Below are positions 22,445-30,479 of a DNA stretch of 32,000 nucleotides, in pieces. Position 1 is the stretch's first letter. Each line of letters opens with the position of its first letter. Below the pieces are notes generated by a model, which searched no databases, had not been told where the DNA came from, and saw nothing but the letters and a program-made list of their open reading frames with translations. A program made the position numbers and the translations under genes. The stretch comes from Methanococcus maripaludis (GTDB lineage: Archaea; AGJL01; Methanococci; Methanococcales; Methanococcaceae), in contig NZ_CP026606.1 in the NCBI RefSeq assembly GCF_002945325.1, positions 1,682,919-1,714,918 on the forward strand. Reading direction: 5' to 3'.

Positions 22445-23618
22445 AGGATACTTTGGAGAATACGGCGGGCAGTTTATCCCTGAAGTTTTGATGCCTGCAA
22501 TCGACGAGCTTAAAGAAGCATATTTTGAATTGAAAGATGATGAAGACTTTCAAAATGAGCTTTCCTACTATTTGAAAAATTATGCAGGACGTGAAACGCC
22601 GCTTTACTATGCTGAAAATTTGACCAAAAAGCTTGGCGGTGCAAAAATTTACTTAAAAAGGGAAGATTTACTTCACGGAGGGGCTCACAAAACTAATAAT
22701 ACTATCGGTCAAGCGCTGCTTGCTAAAAGAATGGGTAAAACAAGAATAATCGCAGAAACCGGTGCAGGACAGCACGGTGTTGGAACTTCAATGGCTGGAG
22801 CATTGTTTGGACTTGAAACTGAAATTTTCATGGGAAGACTTGATACCGAAAGGCAGCAACCAAACGTATTTAGAATGAAACTTCTCGGTGCAAAAGTAAC
22901 TCCTGTTGATACAGGTTCAAAAGTTTTAAAAGATGCGGTAAACGAAGCAATGAGGAACTGGACTGCAACATTTGAAAACACGCATTATTTAATGGGAACT
23001 GTTATGGGGCCACACCCTTTCCCAACGATTGTTAGAGATTTCCAGTCTGTAATTGGAAAAGAAGTTAAAAAACAAATAATGGAACAGGAAGGAAGACTTC
23101 CAGATCACTTGGTTGCATGTATTGGTGGTGGAAGTAACGCACTTGGTTTATTCCATGCATTTATTCAAGATAAAGACGTTAGAATGGTTGGAATTGAAGC
23201 TGCGGGAAAAGGACTCAACACAAGCCTTCACGGAGCCTCCATTTCAAAAGGAAAGAAAGGAGTTCTTCACGGAATGCTTTCATACTTCTTACAGGATGAA
23301 GATGGCCAAATTGAAGAAGCATACAGTATATCAGCAGGATTGGACTATCCTGGAATTGGCCCAGAACACGCATATTTACACGATTCTGGAAGAGCAGAAT
23401 ATGCATCAGCAACTGATGATCAGGCATTAAGCGCATTCATGGAACTTACAAGAAGTGAGGGAATAATTCCAGCTTTGGAATCATCACACGCGGTAGCTTA
23501 CGCAATTGAAAATGCCGGAAACATGGATAAAGATGAAATAATGGTCATAAACCTTTCAGGAAGGGGCGACAAGGATTTAAACACCGTAATTGACATCATG
23601 CAAAAAAGAGGGATGTAA
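22434..23618 (+). CDS. trpB: Tryptophan synthase beta chain
   Basis: '[19 protein letters not shown]', '[28 protein letters not shown]' PLP lysine, '[12 protein letters not shown]'. ATG 22434 with SD 'aggtga'. Confidence 0.97.
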   Translation: MKCEGYFGEYGGQFIPEVLMPAIDELKEAYFELKDDEDFQNELSYYLKNYAGRETPLYYAENLTKKLGGAKIYLKREDLLHGGAHKTNNTIGQALLAKRMGKTRIIAETGAGQHGVGTSMAGALFGLETEIFMGRLDTERQQPNVFRMKLLGAKVTPVDTGSKVLKDAVNEAMRNWTATFENTHYLMGTVMGPHPFPTIVRDFQSVIGKEVKKQIMEQEGRLPDHLVACIGGGSNALGLFHAFIQDKDVRMVGIEAAGKGLNTSLHGASISKGKKGVLHGMLSYFLQDEDGQIEEAYSISAGLDYPGIGPEHAYLHDSGRAEYASATDDQALSAFMELTRSEGIIPALESSHAVAYAIENAGNMDKDEIMVINLSGRGDKDLNTVIDIMQKRGM

Positions 23619-24395
23619 ATGAATAAACCAGTGTTAGTCAGTTTTTTAGTTTCTGGAGATCCAAATCCAGATGCAACATTGAAATTTATGAAAACACTCG
23701 ATAAATATTCGGGAGTAATTGAACTAGGAATCCCGTTTAGCGACCCTGTTGCAGATGGGCCAACAATTCAGGCAGCAGATGTAAGGTCTCTATCTAATAA
23801 ATTTAAAATTTCTAAATCATTTGATATATTGAAAGAATTTAGAAAAGAATCAAGTACTCCTGTAATTTTGATGACATACTACAATCCTGTATTTAAAAGA
23901 GGAATTGAAAACTTTGTAATTCAAGCAAAAGAAGCAGGTGCAAATGGACTTATTATTGTTGATTTGCCACTTCAAGAAGCAACAGAATATCGAGAAATCT
24001 GTAAAAAACACGAAATGGGAACGGTATTTCTTGCAGCACCAAACACTCCAGAAGAACGTTTAAAAATATCTGATGAAGCAAGCACTGAATTTTTGTACCT
24101 TATTTCAACTTTTGGAATCACAGGTGCAAGGGATACCTTCGAACAGATGACATTTGATTTTATTAAACGAGCAAGAACAACTTGCAAAGGAAAAATCTGC
24201 GTTGGATTTGGAATTTCAAAAGGAAGTCATGCAGAAAGTTTAATTGAACAGGGTGCTGATGGAGTAATTGTTGGAAGTGCATTTGTAGATATTATTAAAA
24301 ATTATGGGGATTCAGAAGAAGCACTTGTTAAATTAGAAGAACTTGCAAAAGAATTAAGTGAAGGAATCGATAAAGGATACGGAAAAAGAAAATAA
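23619..24395 (+). CDS. trpA: Tryptophan synthase alpha chain
   Basis: '[27 protein letters not shown]', '[11 protein letters not shown]', '[15 protein letters not shown]', '[34 protein letters not shown]'. Confidence 0.97.
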   Translation: MNKPVLVSFLVSGDPNPDATLKFMKTLDKYSGVIELGIPFSDPVADGPTIQAADVRSLSNKFKISKSFDILKEFRKESSTPVILMTYYNPVFKRGIENFVIQAKEAGANGLIIVDLPLQEATEYREICKKHEMGTVFLAAPNTPEERLKISDEASTEFLYLISTFGITGARDTFEQMTFDFIKRARTTCKGKICVGFGISKGSHAESLIEQGADGVIVGSAFVDIIKNYGDSEEALVKLEELAKELSEGIDKGYGKRK

Positions 24396-24421
24396 CTACA
24401 AATTAATTGCGAAATTAAAAA

Positions 24422-25642
24422 TTAAAAGAACTTATCAAGGGTGGCCTGCCTTTGATTGCTCTTTAAAATCTTACTTTCTGTTTCATAGTCTTTCATTGGA
24501 ACATCGAGGTATTTTTTTATCTCTTCAAGTGCAGATTTTAAATCATTAAATTTGCCAAGCCTGTTTTCCATTGCAAGCCTTACGCCAGTTCGAATCTGCC
24601 ATACTCCAACTGGGGCATAATATTCCGGAGTAATTTCTCGAAATACTAGTATTTTCGCCTGTTTTTTTCGTTTTTTAAGGTATTCCAAAACACTTAGTCG
24701 GCCTGCATAAAATGCACCTGTTATTTTATTGGCATATCCTTTCATTCCCGTAATATCTTCAAAGTCCCCTAAAATCTGGTAGTTTTCACCGCTGAAAAGG
24801 GAACCTTTAAGCCAAACTTCAAGCATTTCAAAGGCATACAGATCTGGAACCAAAAGAACTGCATATCTATTCCCGAGGAAATTTTTAAAGTACACTTCGT
24901 AGTCATTAATCTGGTTATTTTCCAATATTTTTTTCTTTACGTGCTTTCCAAGCAAATCCTGTGCCGCAGTTATGCTCCATTTTGTTGGAACGAGTTTTTT
25001 ATTTATTCCAAGGAGCCCTGTTGAAAGAAGTTTTATTATGTAGTACTCATCAAATCCCGAATCGTAAAGTGAAATCATCCCCTCATTCGCCTTTAAATCA
25101 TCACCTACGATATAATCGGATTTTCGGGGGATTTTCGGGTTTTCTGCAAGTCTGAATTTTAACATGCTTTCTCGTGGGCCGACAGGGGGCGTAAATCCAC
25201 CAGTTATTAATTCAAGTTTTGGGGCTTTTTTAAGTTCAATTTCACTATCAACAGGTTTATTCGCCATTGCAAGTTCCTGAATGTTGTTTAATAACTTTGA
25301 ATTTTTATTCACTGAAACATTTGCATTAGTTTCGCCCATAACAAGCATTGAACGGTATTCCATAATTTCAGGAATTGTAATATTGTCCCATCGACTGGGA
25401 TCATCCATAAAAGAAGTATCCCCTTCCACAGGTGGAACCATTGGTCCAATCCTGACGTTTGGGTATTCAAATTCTCCAACAAAAACGGATGGGGGGGACG
25501 CTCCAAAAATTTCTTTTTTATTTATTTTTGATTCAACTGATTTTGCAACCCTAAATTTTTCAAGTATTGGGCACCTTGGCCTTCCGCAAAGATGTTTCCT
25601 ACCCTTACAAAGAGCGCATGTTTTTGACCTGAAAAGTTCCAT
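24422..25642 (-). CDS. nreA: Nre family DNA repair protein (NreA-like) with N-terminal Cys4 zinc-finger-like motif and C-terminal PIP box
   Basis: N-terminus 'CALCKGRKHLCGRPRCPIL', 'ASPPSVFVGEFEYPNVRIGPMVPP', C-terminus 'QRQATLDKFF' matching the PCNA-interacting consensus QxxLxxFF. SD 'aaaggga'. Confidence 0.85.
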   Translation of the reverse strand: MELFRSKTCALCKGRKHLCGRPRCPILEKFRVAKSVESKINKKEIFGASPPSVFVGEFEYPNVRIGPMVPPVEGDTSFMDDPSRWDNITIPEIMEYRSMLVMGETNANVSVNKNSKLLNNIQELAMANKPVDSEIELKKAPKLELITGGFTPPVGPRESMLKFRLAENPKIPRKSDYIVGDDLKANEGMISLYDSGFDEYYIIKLLSTGLLGINKKLVPTKWSITAAQDLLGKHVKKKILENNQINDYEVYFKNFLGNRYAVLLVPDLYAFEMLEVWLKGSLFSGENYQILGDFEDITGMKGYANKITGAFYAGRLSVLEYLKKRKKQAKILVFREITPEYYAPVGVWQIRTGVRLAMENRLGKFNDLKSALEEIKKYLDVPMKDYETESKILKSNQRQATLDKFF

Positions 25643-25854
25643 AAAATCCCTTTGAAATTTTTAAATTACATTTTTTCAAATTTATCCATATTTGGGCTTT
25701 TTTTACAAATAATACTTATGTATTCAATGAATTTAAACTTATTTTATGGATTTAGTAAAGTTTGAAAGATTTAGATATATTTGGGAATCTAGAAAGATAT
25801 ATAATATAAATTGAACAGATGTAAAGCTTCAACTTTAAATCATAAGGGGTTTTT

Positions 25855-26103
25855 ATGAATATAATCTATATTTTGATAGTGGGTTTAATTATCGGATATT
25901 TATTTAAAAGCAGTCTTGAAAAAGTCGATTTATCAAAACCAACAAATTTAGCACTTCTTCTTTTGATATTTTTTATGGGTGTGGAAGCTGGAAAAGTCGA
26001 TTTAAATGCATTTTCAACGTTTGTAGTTTCAATGGAATTTTCAGTCATTGTAATGGTTACAAGCCTCCTTGTGGCAGTATTTTTAGGGGGTAGGTTCAGA
26101 TGA
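25855..26103 (+). CDS. LysO-like (DUF340) transporter, N-terminal half encoded separately
   Basis: 'MNIIYILIVGLIIGYLF...NLALLLLIFFMGVEAGK' followed by the C-terminal-half ORF with ATGA overlap. SD 'aagggg'. Confidence 0.7.
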   Translation: MNIIYILIVGLIIGYLFKSSLEKVDLSKPTNLALLLLIFFMGVEAGKVDLNAFSTFVVSMEFSVIVMVTSLLVAVFLGGRFR

Positions 26104-26687
26104 ATTTTACAGTTTTGGTGTTAATTTTCCTAATTTTGGGATTTATTGTTGGACGAAGTATGGGAATTGACTTTGGAAATATGTATGAAATAATGCTTTA
26201 CATCCAGATTTTATTAATTGGAATTGATCTTGGAAAAAGTAGCGGTCTTAGGGGAGTTAAAAAAGTTGGAAAATTTGGTCTTTTACTTCCATTATTTACA
26301 ATCATCGGTTCATTAATCGGCGGAATAATTGCATCAATTGTTTTAAACATTCCTATAAAATATGCACTTGCAATTGCGTCAGGAATGGGCTGGTACAGTC
26401 TTTGTGGGCCAATTTTAGCAAAATATTCTGCAATTTATGGGGTAATGGGATTTTTGGTAAATCTTGCAAGAGAAGTTTTAACAATTATCGGCTATTCTTT
26501 TGTGATAAAAAAGTTTCCAAAAGATATGGCAATTACGCTTGGTGGTGGGACCAGCATGGATTCAACACTTCCAATAATCGTTAAATTTGGTGGAAAAGAC
26601 ATAATGATTCTTTCATTTGTACATGGCTTTATTTTGACGCTTTTAATCCCATTTATAACGCCGTTTATATTAATGCTTCCAATCTAG
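26100..26687 (+). CDS. LysO family (DUF340) lysine exporter-like, C-terminal half
   Basis: 'YALAIASGMGWYSLCGPILAKYSAIYGVMGFLVNLAREVLTIIGYSFVIKKF', 'LGGGTSMDSTLPIIVKFGG'. Confidence 0.78.
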   Translation: MNFTVLVLIFLILGFIVGRSMGIDFGNMYEIMLYIQILLIGIDLGKSSGLRGVKKVGKFGLLLPLFTIIGSLIGGIIASIVLNIPIKYALAIASGMGWYSLCGPILAKYSAIYGVMGFLVNLAREVLTIIGYSFVIKKFPKDMAITLGGGTSMDSTLPIIVKFGGKDIMILSFVHGFILTLLIPFITPFILMLPI

Positions 26688-26819
26688 AATTTTAAATTTT
26701 AATTCACCACTAATTTTTTTAAAAATTTTCAATGTGGTATAATACGATAAAATTACAATTTTAAAGTTTAAAAAAGTTTATTTTTGTTTAAAAATTAAAA
26801 AAAGGAAATATTCAATATA

Positions 26820-27569
26820 TTATTCCATGCTGACGTATTTATTTCCTTTTAAGATGTTTTCAGAATCAAGAGATATATCATACAAACTATTATTCAATGC
26901 GGTGTTTGCAATTATACTATTATTTGTAGAACCCATAATTCCCCATATTCCAAAATTGGTATTGTATGAAACTTCATTTGTAATGAATCTGTTGCAGTTG
27001 GAGCCTTGAATGTCCAATCCAGCTTGATAATTGTAGTTTACAATGTTGTTGACAACTTTGTTTCCTGTTGATAAATCTACAGATATGCCCCAGGTATTAT
27101 TGCATACGAAATTGTCTTCGATATTGTTATTATCTGAGTACCATGCCATAATACCATCCATATTGTCTGAAGCATTATTTTTAAGAATTTTACATTCAGT
27201 AGCGTTGTTAATCCATATCCCGGAACCAAATTTGGATATCTGCATATCTTTAATGGTTACCTTGGAACAGTCGTACACGTATACTCCTGAGTCACCCATC
27301 CAGCCCCAATAGATATCATCCCCTTCGAGGTAGTTTCCATTTCCATCCAGTATTACATCATCTGCGTTTATTGTTATCGCAGTGCCTATGATTCCCGATT
27401 GGGATATATTCAATAGATATTTCCCAGAATCATTTATTGCATAAGGTAATGAATTTATGTAATTAGTATTTGTTCCCTTTTCCCCACCTGCTGCAGCACA
27501 TGCAATTGACATACTCACAAATACTGCGAGAGCCAAGGCTATTAATGGTTTATAACCAATTTTAGTCAT
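26820..27569 (-). CDS. Secreted right-handed beta-helix (NosD-like) protein
   Basis: Signal peptide 'GYKPLIALALAVFVSMSIACAAAGG'. Repeated helix-rung pattern 'NNATECKILKNNASDNMDGIMAWYSDNNNIEDNFVCNNTWGI..'. ATG 27569 preceded by the strong SD 'gggggtga'; the 27668 start is too long. Confidence 0.75.
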   Translation of the reverse strand: MTKIGYKPLIALALAVFVSMSIACAAAGGEKGTNTNYINSLPYAINDSGKYLLNISQSGIIGTAITINADDVILDGNGNYLEGDDIYWGWMGDSGVYVYDCSKVTIKDMQISKFGSGIWINNATECKILKNNASDNMDGIMAWYSDNNNIEDNFVCNNTWGISVDLSTGNKVVNNIVNYNYQAGLDIQGSNCNRFITNEVSYNTNFGIWGIMGSTNNSIIANTALNNSLYDISLDSENILKGNKYVSME

Positions 27570-27865
27570 TTTTAATTCACCCCCATGGTTACAATTAGAT
27601 TTATCCGTTTTATAATATTTAAAATTAATTAAAAAACGATTATAACACTTTAATAGTTTAATAACCAATTTATAACATTATTGATCGAAAAATAAAAAAA
27701 TATAATCTATATTTGTATAAAATACTGGTTTTAAACGTAAATTTATTAAAAATATGCAGAAAATACCTCCTACCTCCGATTTAAATAATATCTTTCCCAG
27801 AGTATCAAAAATTAATTATACTGTTTTAAAAATAATGTTTAATATGGGTTTGTGGGGGGATTGTC

Positions 27866-28222
27866 GTGTACACTTATCCCGTATTATTATCCGTAATTTT
27901 TATGGTAATTTTTGCAGGATGCCAATCAGAAAAGCCATTGGGGGATTCTACAGTTACGTTTCAAAACGAAACAACAGCGGTAGTATTGATAGAGGATTTT
28001 TCGTATAAGCCTGCAGTTGTGACTGTGAAAGTTGGAACAAAAGTTACATGGGTACAAAAAGATAGTGTAAGGCATACTGTAACATCAAATGACGGAATAT
28101 TTGATTCAGGACTTCTTTCAGAAGGAATATCTTGGGAATATACATTCAATGAAGTAGGGACGTATAATTACTACTGTATACCCCATCCTTATATGGAAGG
28201 AACGGTTGAAGTGGTAGAATGA
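27866..28222 (+). CDS. Cupredoxin-like lipoprotein (type 1 copper site)
   Basis: Lipobox-like 'MVIFAGC', 'VKVGTKVTWVQKDSVRHTV', 'GTYNYYCIPHPYMEGTVEV' giving a His...Cys-x2-His-x2-Met ligand set. Confidence 0.82.
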   Translation: MYTYPVLLSVIFMVIFAGCQSEKPLGDSTVTFQNETTAVVLIEDFSYKPAVVTVKVGTKVTWVQKDSVRHTVTSNDGIFDSGLLSEGISWEYTFNEVGTYNYYCIPHPYMEGTVEVVE

Positions 28223-28440
28223 CTCCAGAAGCTTCGTTTAAACTGGTTTACTATACGGGATTTACCAATTTTTTATTTATTGTCCTGATTATTCTTTCTT
28301 GTAGATGCGGAACTTTTTTACCGCATTCCTTTAAAAATCTAAAAATTTATAAAATAATTTTTAAATATCACTGCTACTATTGGGCGTTATTTTTAATTTC
28401 TGTAGCACTCCATTCTTATGGGGTATATTCACTAAGATAA
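28219..28440 (+). CDS. Small two-TM membrane protein, translationally coupled to the cupredoxin
   Basis: ATGA overlap with the upstream stop. Hydrophobic segments 'YYTGFTNFLFIVLIILS' and 'YHCYYWALFLISVALHSYGVY' with two His in one helix. Confidence 0.6.
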   Translation: MTPEASFKLVYYTGFTNFLFIVLIILSCRCGTFLPHSFKNLKIYKIIFKYHCYYWALFLISVALHSYGVYSLR

Positions 28441-28453
28441 GGGGGTAGAAATT

Positions 28454-28717
28454 ATGGATAAAAAATTTTTTGAATGCAAAGTTTGTGGGGACATTCATCA
28501 GGGTAAAAATGGGCCAAATCCCTGTCCAACCTGCGGATCAAAAGATTCCCAAAATGAAATCAAAGGATATACGATTGTAAAAAAATTCAGTGAATGCAAA
28601 GTATGTCAAGATTTTCACTGGGGTGAAAAAGCTCCAAGTCCATGCCCAACGTGCATGACAAAGGACTCTTACGTTGAAATTACAAAAGAAGAGCTTCCAG
28701 AAAAACTTGGAATGTAA
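28454..28717 (+). CDS. Tandem rubredoxin/zinc-ribbon-like protein, two internally duplicated CxxC...CxxC units
   Basis: 'FECKVCGDIHQGKNGPNPCPTCGSKDS' and 'FSECKVCQDFHWGEKAPSPCPTCMTKDS'. SD 'agggggtag'. Confidence 0.85.
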   Translation: MDKKFFECKVCGDIHQGKNGPNPCPTCGSKDSQNEIKGYTIVKKFSECKVCQDFHWGEKAPSPCPTCMTKDSYVEITKEELPEKLGM

Positions 28718-28719
28718 CT

Positions 28720-28752
28720 TTTCTTTTTTAAATTTTTTTATTTTTATATTAT
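28720..28752 (+). terminator. T-rich putative terminator
   Basis: 'cttttcttttttaaatttttttatttttatatt' just after the stop at 28717. Confidence 0.45.
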
Positions 28753-28780
28753 TTTAGTTTTAATATCGTTTTCAGCAAGT

Positions 28781-28840
28781 TTTATATATTTTAATGTTAA
28801 CAATATCTAACATTGAGTTAGAAATAAGTAACATAATGTT
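28781..28840 (+). promoter_or_regulatory. Promoter/operator region: TATA box followed by inverted repeats
   Basis: 'tttatatat' (28781-28789). AATGTTA(28793-99)...TAACATT(28808-14) perfect inverted repeat, and AACAT-a-ATGTT (28830-40). Confidence 0.5.
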
Positions 28841-28873
28841 TGAAATAATTAACAGTATTTATGGTGATATTAC

Positions 28874-29305
28874 ATGTTTGGAAAACCCGAATGGTTTGAG
28901 AGAAGAAAGTACGGCGGTTGGGGACTTCACCCAAAAACATGGCAGGGTTGGCTCTATATTGCAGTAATGGTTCTACCTTACATAATATTTCAATCGCTAC
29001 CTTATTGGGACGAAACAACAAGAACTTACGTTACTGTAGCTTGGGTTTTATTTTTATTGCTTGATGTAGGGCACATCATGGTAAATCTTGATAAAGATGA
29101 GCGAGAATATAAAATAGAAGCAGTATCTGAAAGAAATGCGGCATGGGCGATGGTTTTATTTTTAGTTGCCGGAATAATGTATCAATCGATTACGAGTGCT
29201 TTGAATCAAAGCTTTTACGTTGACTGGTTTTTAGTTCTGGCATTATTTGGGGGAATGATTGTAAAAACAATTTCAAATTATTACCTTGAAAAATCTGAAA
29301 TTTAA
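28874..29305 (+). CDS. Multi-TM membrane protein of the type paired with an XRE regulator (DUF2178-like)
   Basis: 'GWLYIAVMVLPYIIFQSLPY', 'TYVTVAWVLFLLLDVGHIMV', 'DEREYKIEAVSERNAAWAMVLFLVAG'. SD 'ggtgat'. Confidence 0.65.
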   Translation: MFGKPEWFERRKYGGWGLHPKTWQGWLYIAVMVLPYIIFQSLPYWDETTRTYVTVAWVLFLLLDVGHIMVNLDKDEREYKIEAVSERNAAWAMVLFLVAGIMYQSITSALNQSFYVDWFLVLALFGGMIVKTISNYYLEKSEI

Positions 29306-29314
29306 GGGATTAAA

Positions 29315-29377
29315 ATGGACAGTAAATTTAAAAATAGACTTAATTTAAAATATTTTGAAAAGATTGGGCGATATTGA
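29315..29377 (+). CDS. Possible 20-aa coupling ORF (MDSKFKNRLNLKYFEKIGRY)
   Basis: SD-like 'aaggga' at 29303-29308. The TGA stop (29375-77) abuts the ATG of the XRE gene (29378). Too short to be sure. Confidence 0.25.
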   Translation: MDSKFKNRLNLKYFEKIGRY

Positions 29378-29578
29378 ATGAAAACGAGGATAAAAGAATA
29401 TCGGGCAAAGTACGACATGACGCAAGAGGATCTCGGAAAAATTGTTGGAGTTAGGCGTGAAACAATAGGTTTTCTTGAAAAGGGAAAATATAATCCGTCA
29501 TTAAAACTTGCTCACGCAATTTCAAAGGCGTTGAATGTGAAAATAGATGAATTATTTATTTTTGAAGAAGATGAATAA
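29378..29578 (+). CDS. XRE/Cro-CI family HTH transcriptional regulator
   Basis: '[60 protein letters not shown]'. Confidence 0.93.
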   Translation: MKTRIKEYRAKYDMTQEDLGKIVGVRRETIGFLEKGKYNPSLKLAHAISKALNVKIDELFIFEEDE

Positions 29579-29711
29579 GAAAAAGACGAATAAAAAAATG
29601 GAAAAATTTTATCGAAATACTTTTAAAATAAAAAGAAAGGCATCAGCAGATCATAAAATTGGCTCATCACAAGGTCAGCCGGGGATAACATCATCATTTG
29701 CCTTAATTCTT

Positions 29712-30233
29712 TTAAATGTACTGTCCGAGAATTTCTATAACTTCATTTTGAAGTTCTCTTTCGTCAATCGGATCCATTTCGATATTGGAATTTGCAATAA
29801 TATAAAACGGCATTTCGTTCTTTTCAATTGTTGATATATATATGTATTCTTCACCAGATTTTATACTCGTTTTTTCGACATTTCCCATGATTTTGTTTAG
29901 GGTCTGGAAAACACCACTGTACTGTCCAGCAACTTCATCCGGGTCTTTTAATGTGGAAATGATTGTCAAACCTTCTTCATTAACAACAGTAATATCTAAA
30001 AGGTCATGTGAAAGGGCAATTTCTAAAAGGTCGTAAGTGTCGGACGCTTTTTCAGGATTTTTTGAGACCGCCTGACTTTTTAATTTTTGAAGTCCTTCAA
30101 TTACTTCGAGTTCAAGTAATTCTTTTTCTTCATTTTGTACATTCTTTTTATCTTTTTTTAGTTTAAATAGTGTGTAGTATGAACCAAAAAAACCTGCACC
30201 AAGTGAAATTGTAAATAAACCCAAATTTTCCAT
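29712..30233 (-). CDS. Membrane-anchored protein with cytoplasmic alpha/beta domain (possibly roadblock/LC7-like)
   Basis: N-terminal TM 'LFTISLGAGFFGSYYTLFKLKK'; domain 'DLLDITVVNEEGLTIISTLKDPDEVAGQYSGVFQTLNKIMG'. SD 'aaggggt'. The fold is inference. Confidence 0.6.
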   Translation of the reverse strand: MENLGLFTISLGAGFFGSYYTLFKLKKDKKNVQNEEKELLELEVIEGLQKLKSQAVSKNPEKASDTYDLLEIALSHDLLDITVVNEEGLTIISTLKDPDEVAGQYSGVFQTLNKIMGNVEKTSIKSGEEYIYISTIEKNEMPFYIIANSNIEMDPIDERELQNEVIEILGQYI

Positions 30234-30263
30234 TTTTTAGACCCCTTTTAAATATTATATTGT

Positions 30264-30422
30264 TTATTTTAATTTTTGAAGCCCTTTTATTACTTCATCT
30301 TTTAATTCTTCGCGCTTTTTAGCCTTATCTTTCTTCTTTTTCTGTATAATTATTCTCAAAATGGAGAAAGAACATATAAAACCTATTCCAAGAGATATTG
30401 CGAACAGGTAGATGTTATTCAT
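30264..30422 (-). CDS. 52-aa single-TM membrane peptide, anchor-only paralogue of the 173-aa protein
   Basis: Not in the ORF track. MNNIYLFAISLGIGFICSFSILRIIIQKKKKDKAKKREELKDEVIKGLQKLK, SD 'agaggg' upstream. Ungapped alignment to residues 1-52 of the downstream protein with 25/52 identities (counted by hand). Confidence 0.75.
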   Translation of the reverse strand: MNNIYLFAISLGIGFICSFSILRIIIQKKKKDKAKKREELKDEVIKGLQKLK

Positions 30423-30479
30423 AAAAGCCCTCTGTTAAACTATGGGTACCATTATATTTTCTGGGATATTTAACCATTT

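Noticed and set aside
27754-28008. 84-aa plus-strand ORF overlapping the cupredoxin gene in another frame
   Set aside because: No recognisable motif, while the overlapping frame encodes a clear cupredoxin.
29547-29834. 95-aa plus-strand ORF after the XRE gene
   Set aside because: Overlaps both the XRE 3' end and the antisense of the 173-aa gene; composition looks like read-through of A-rich sequence.
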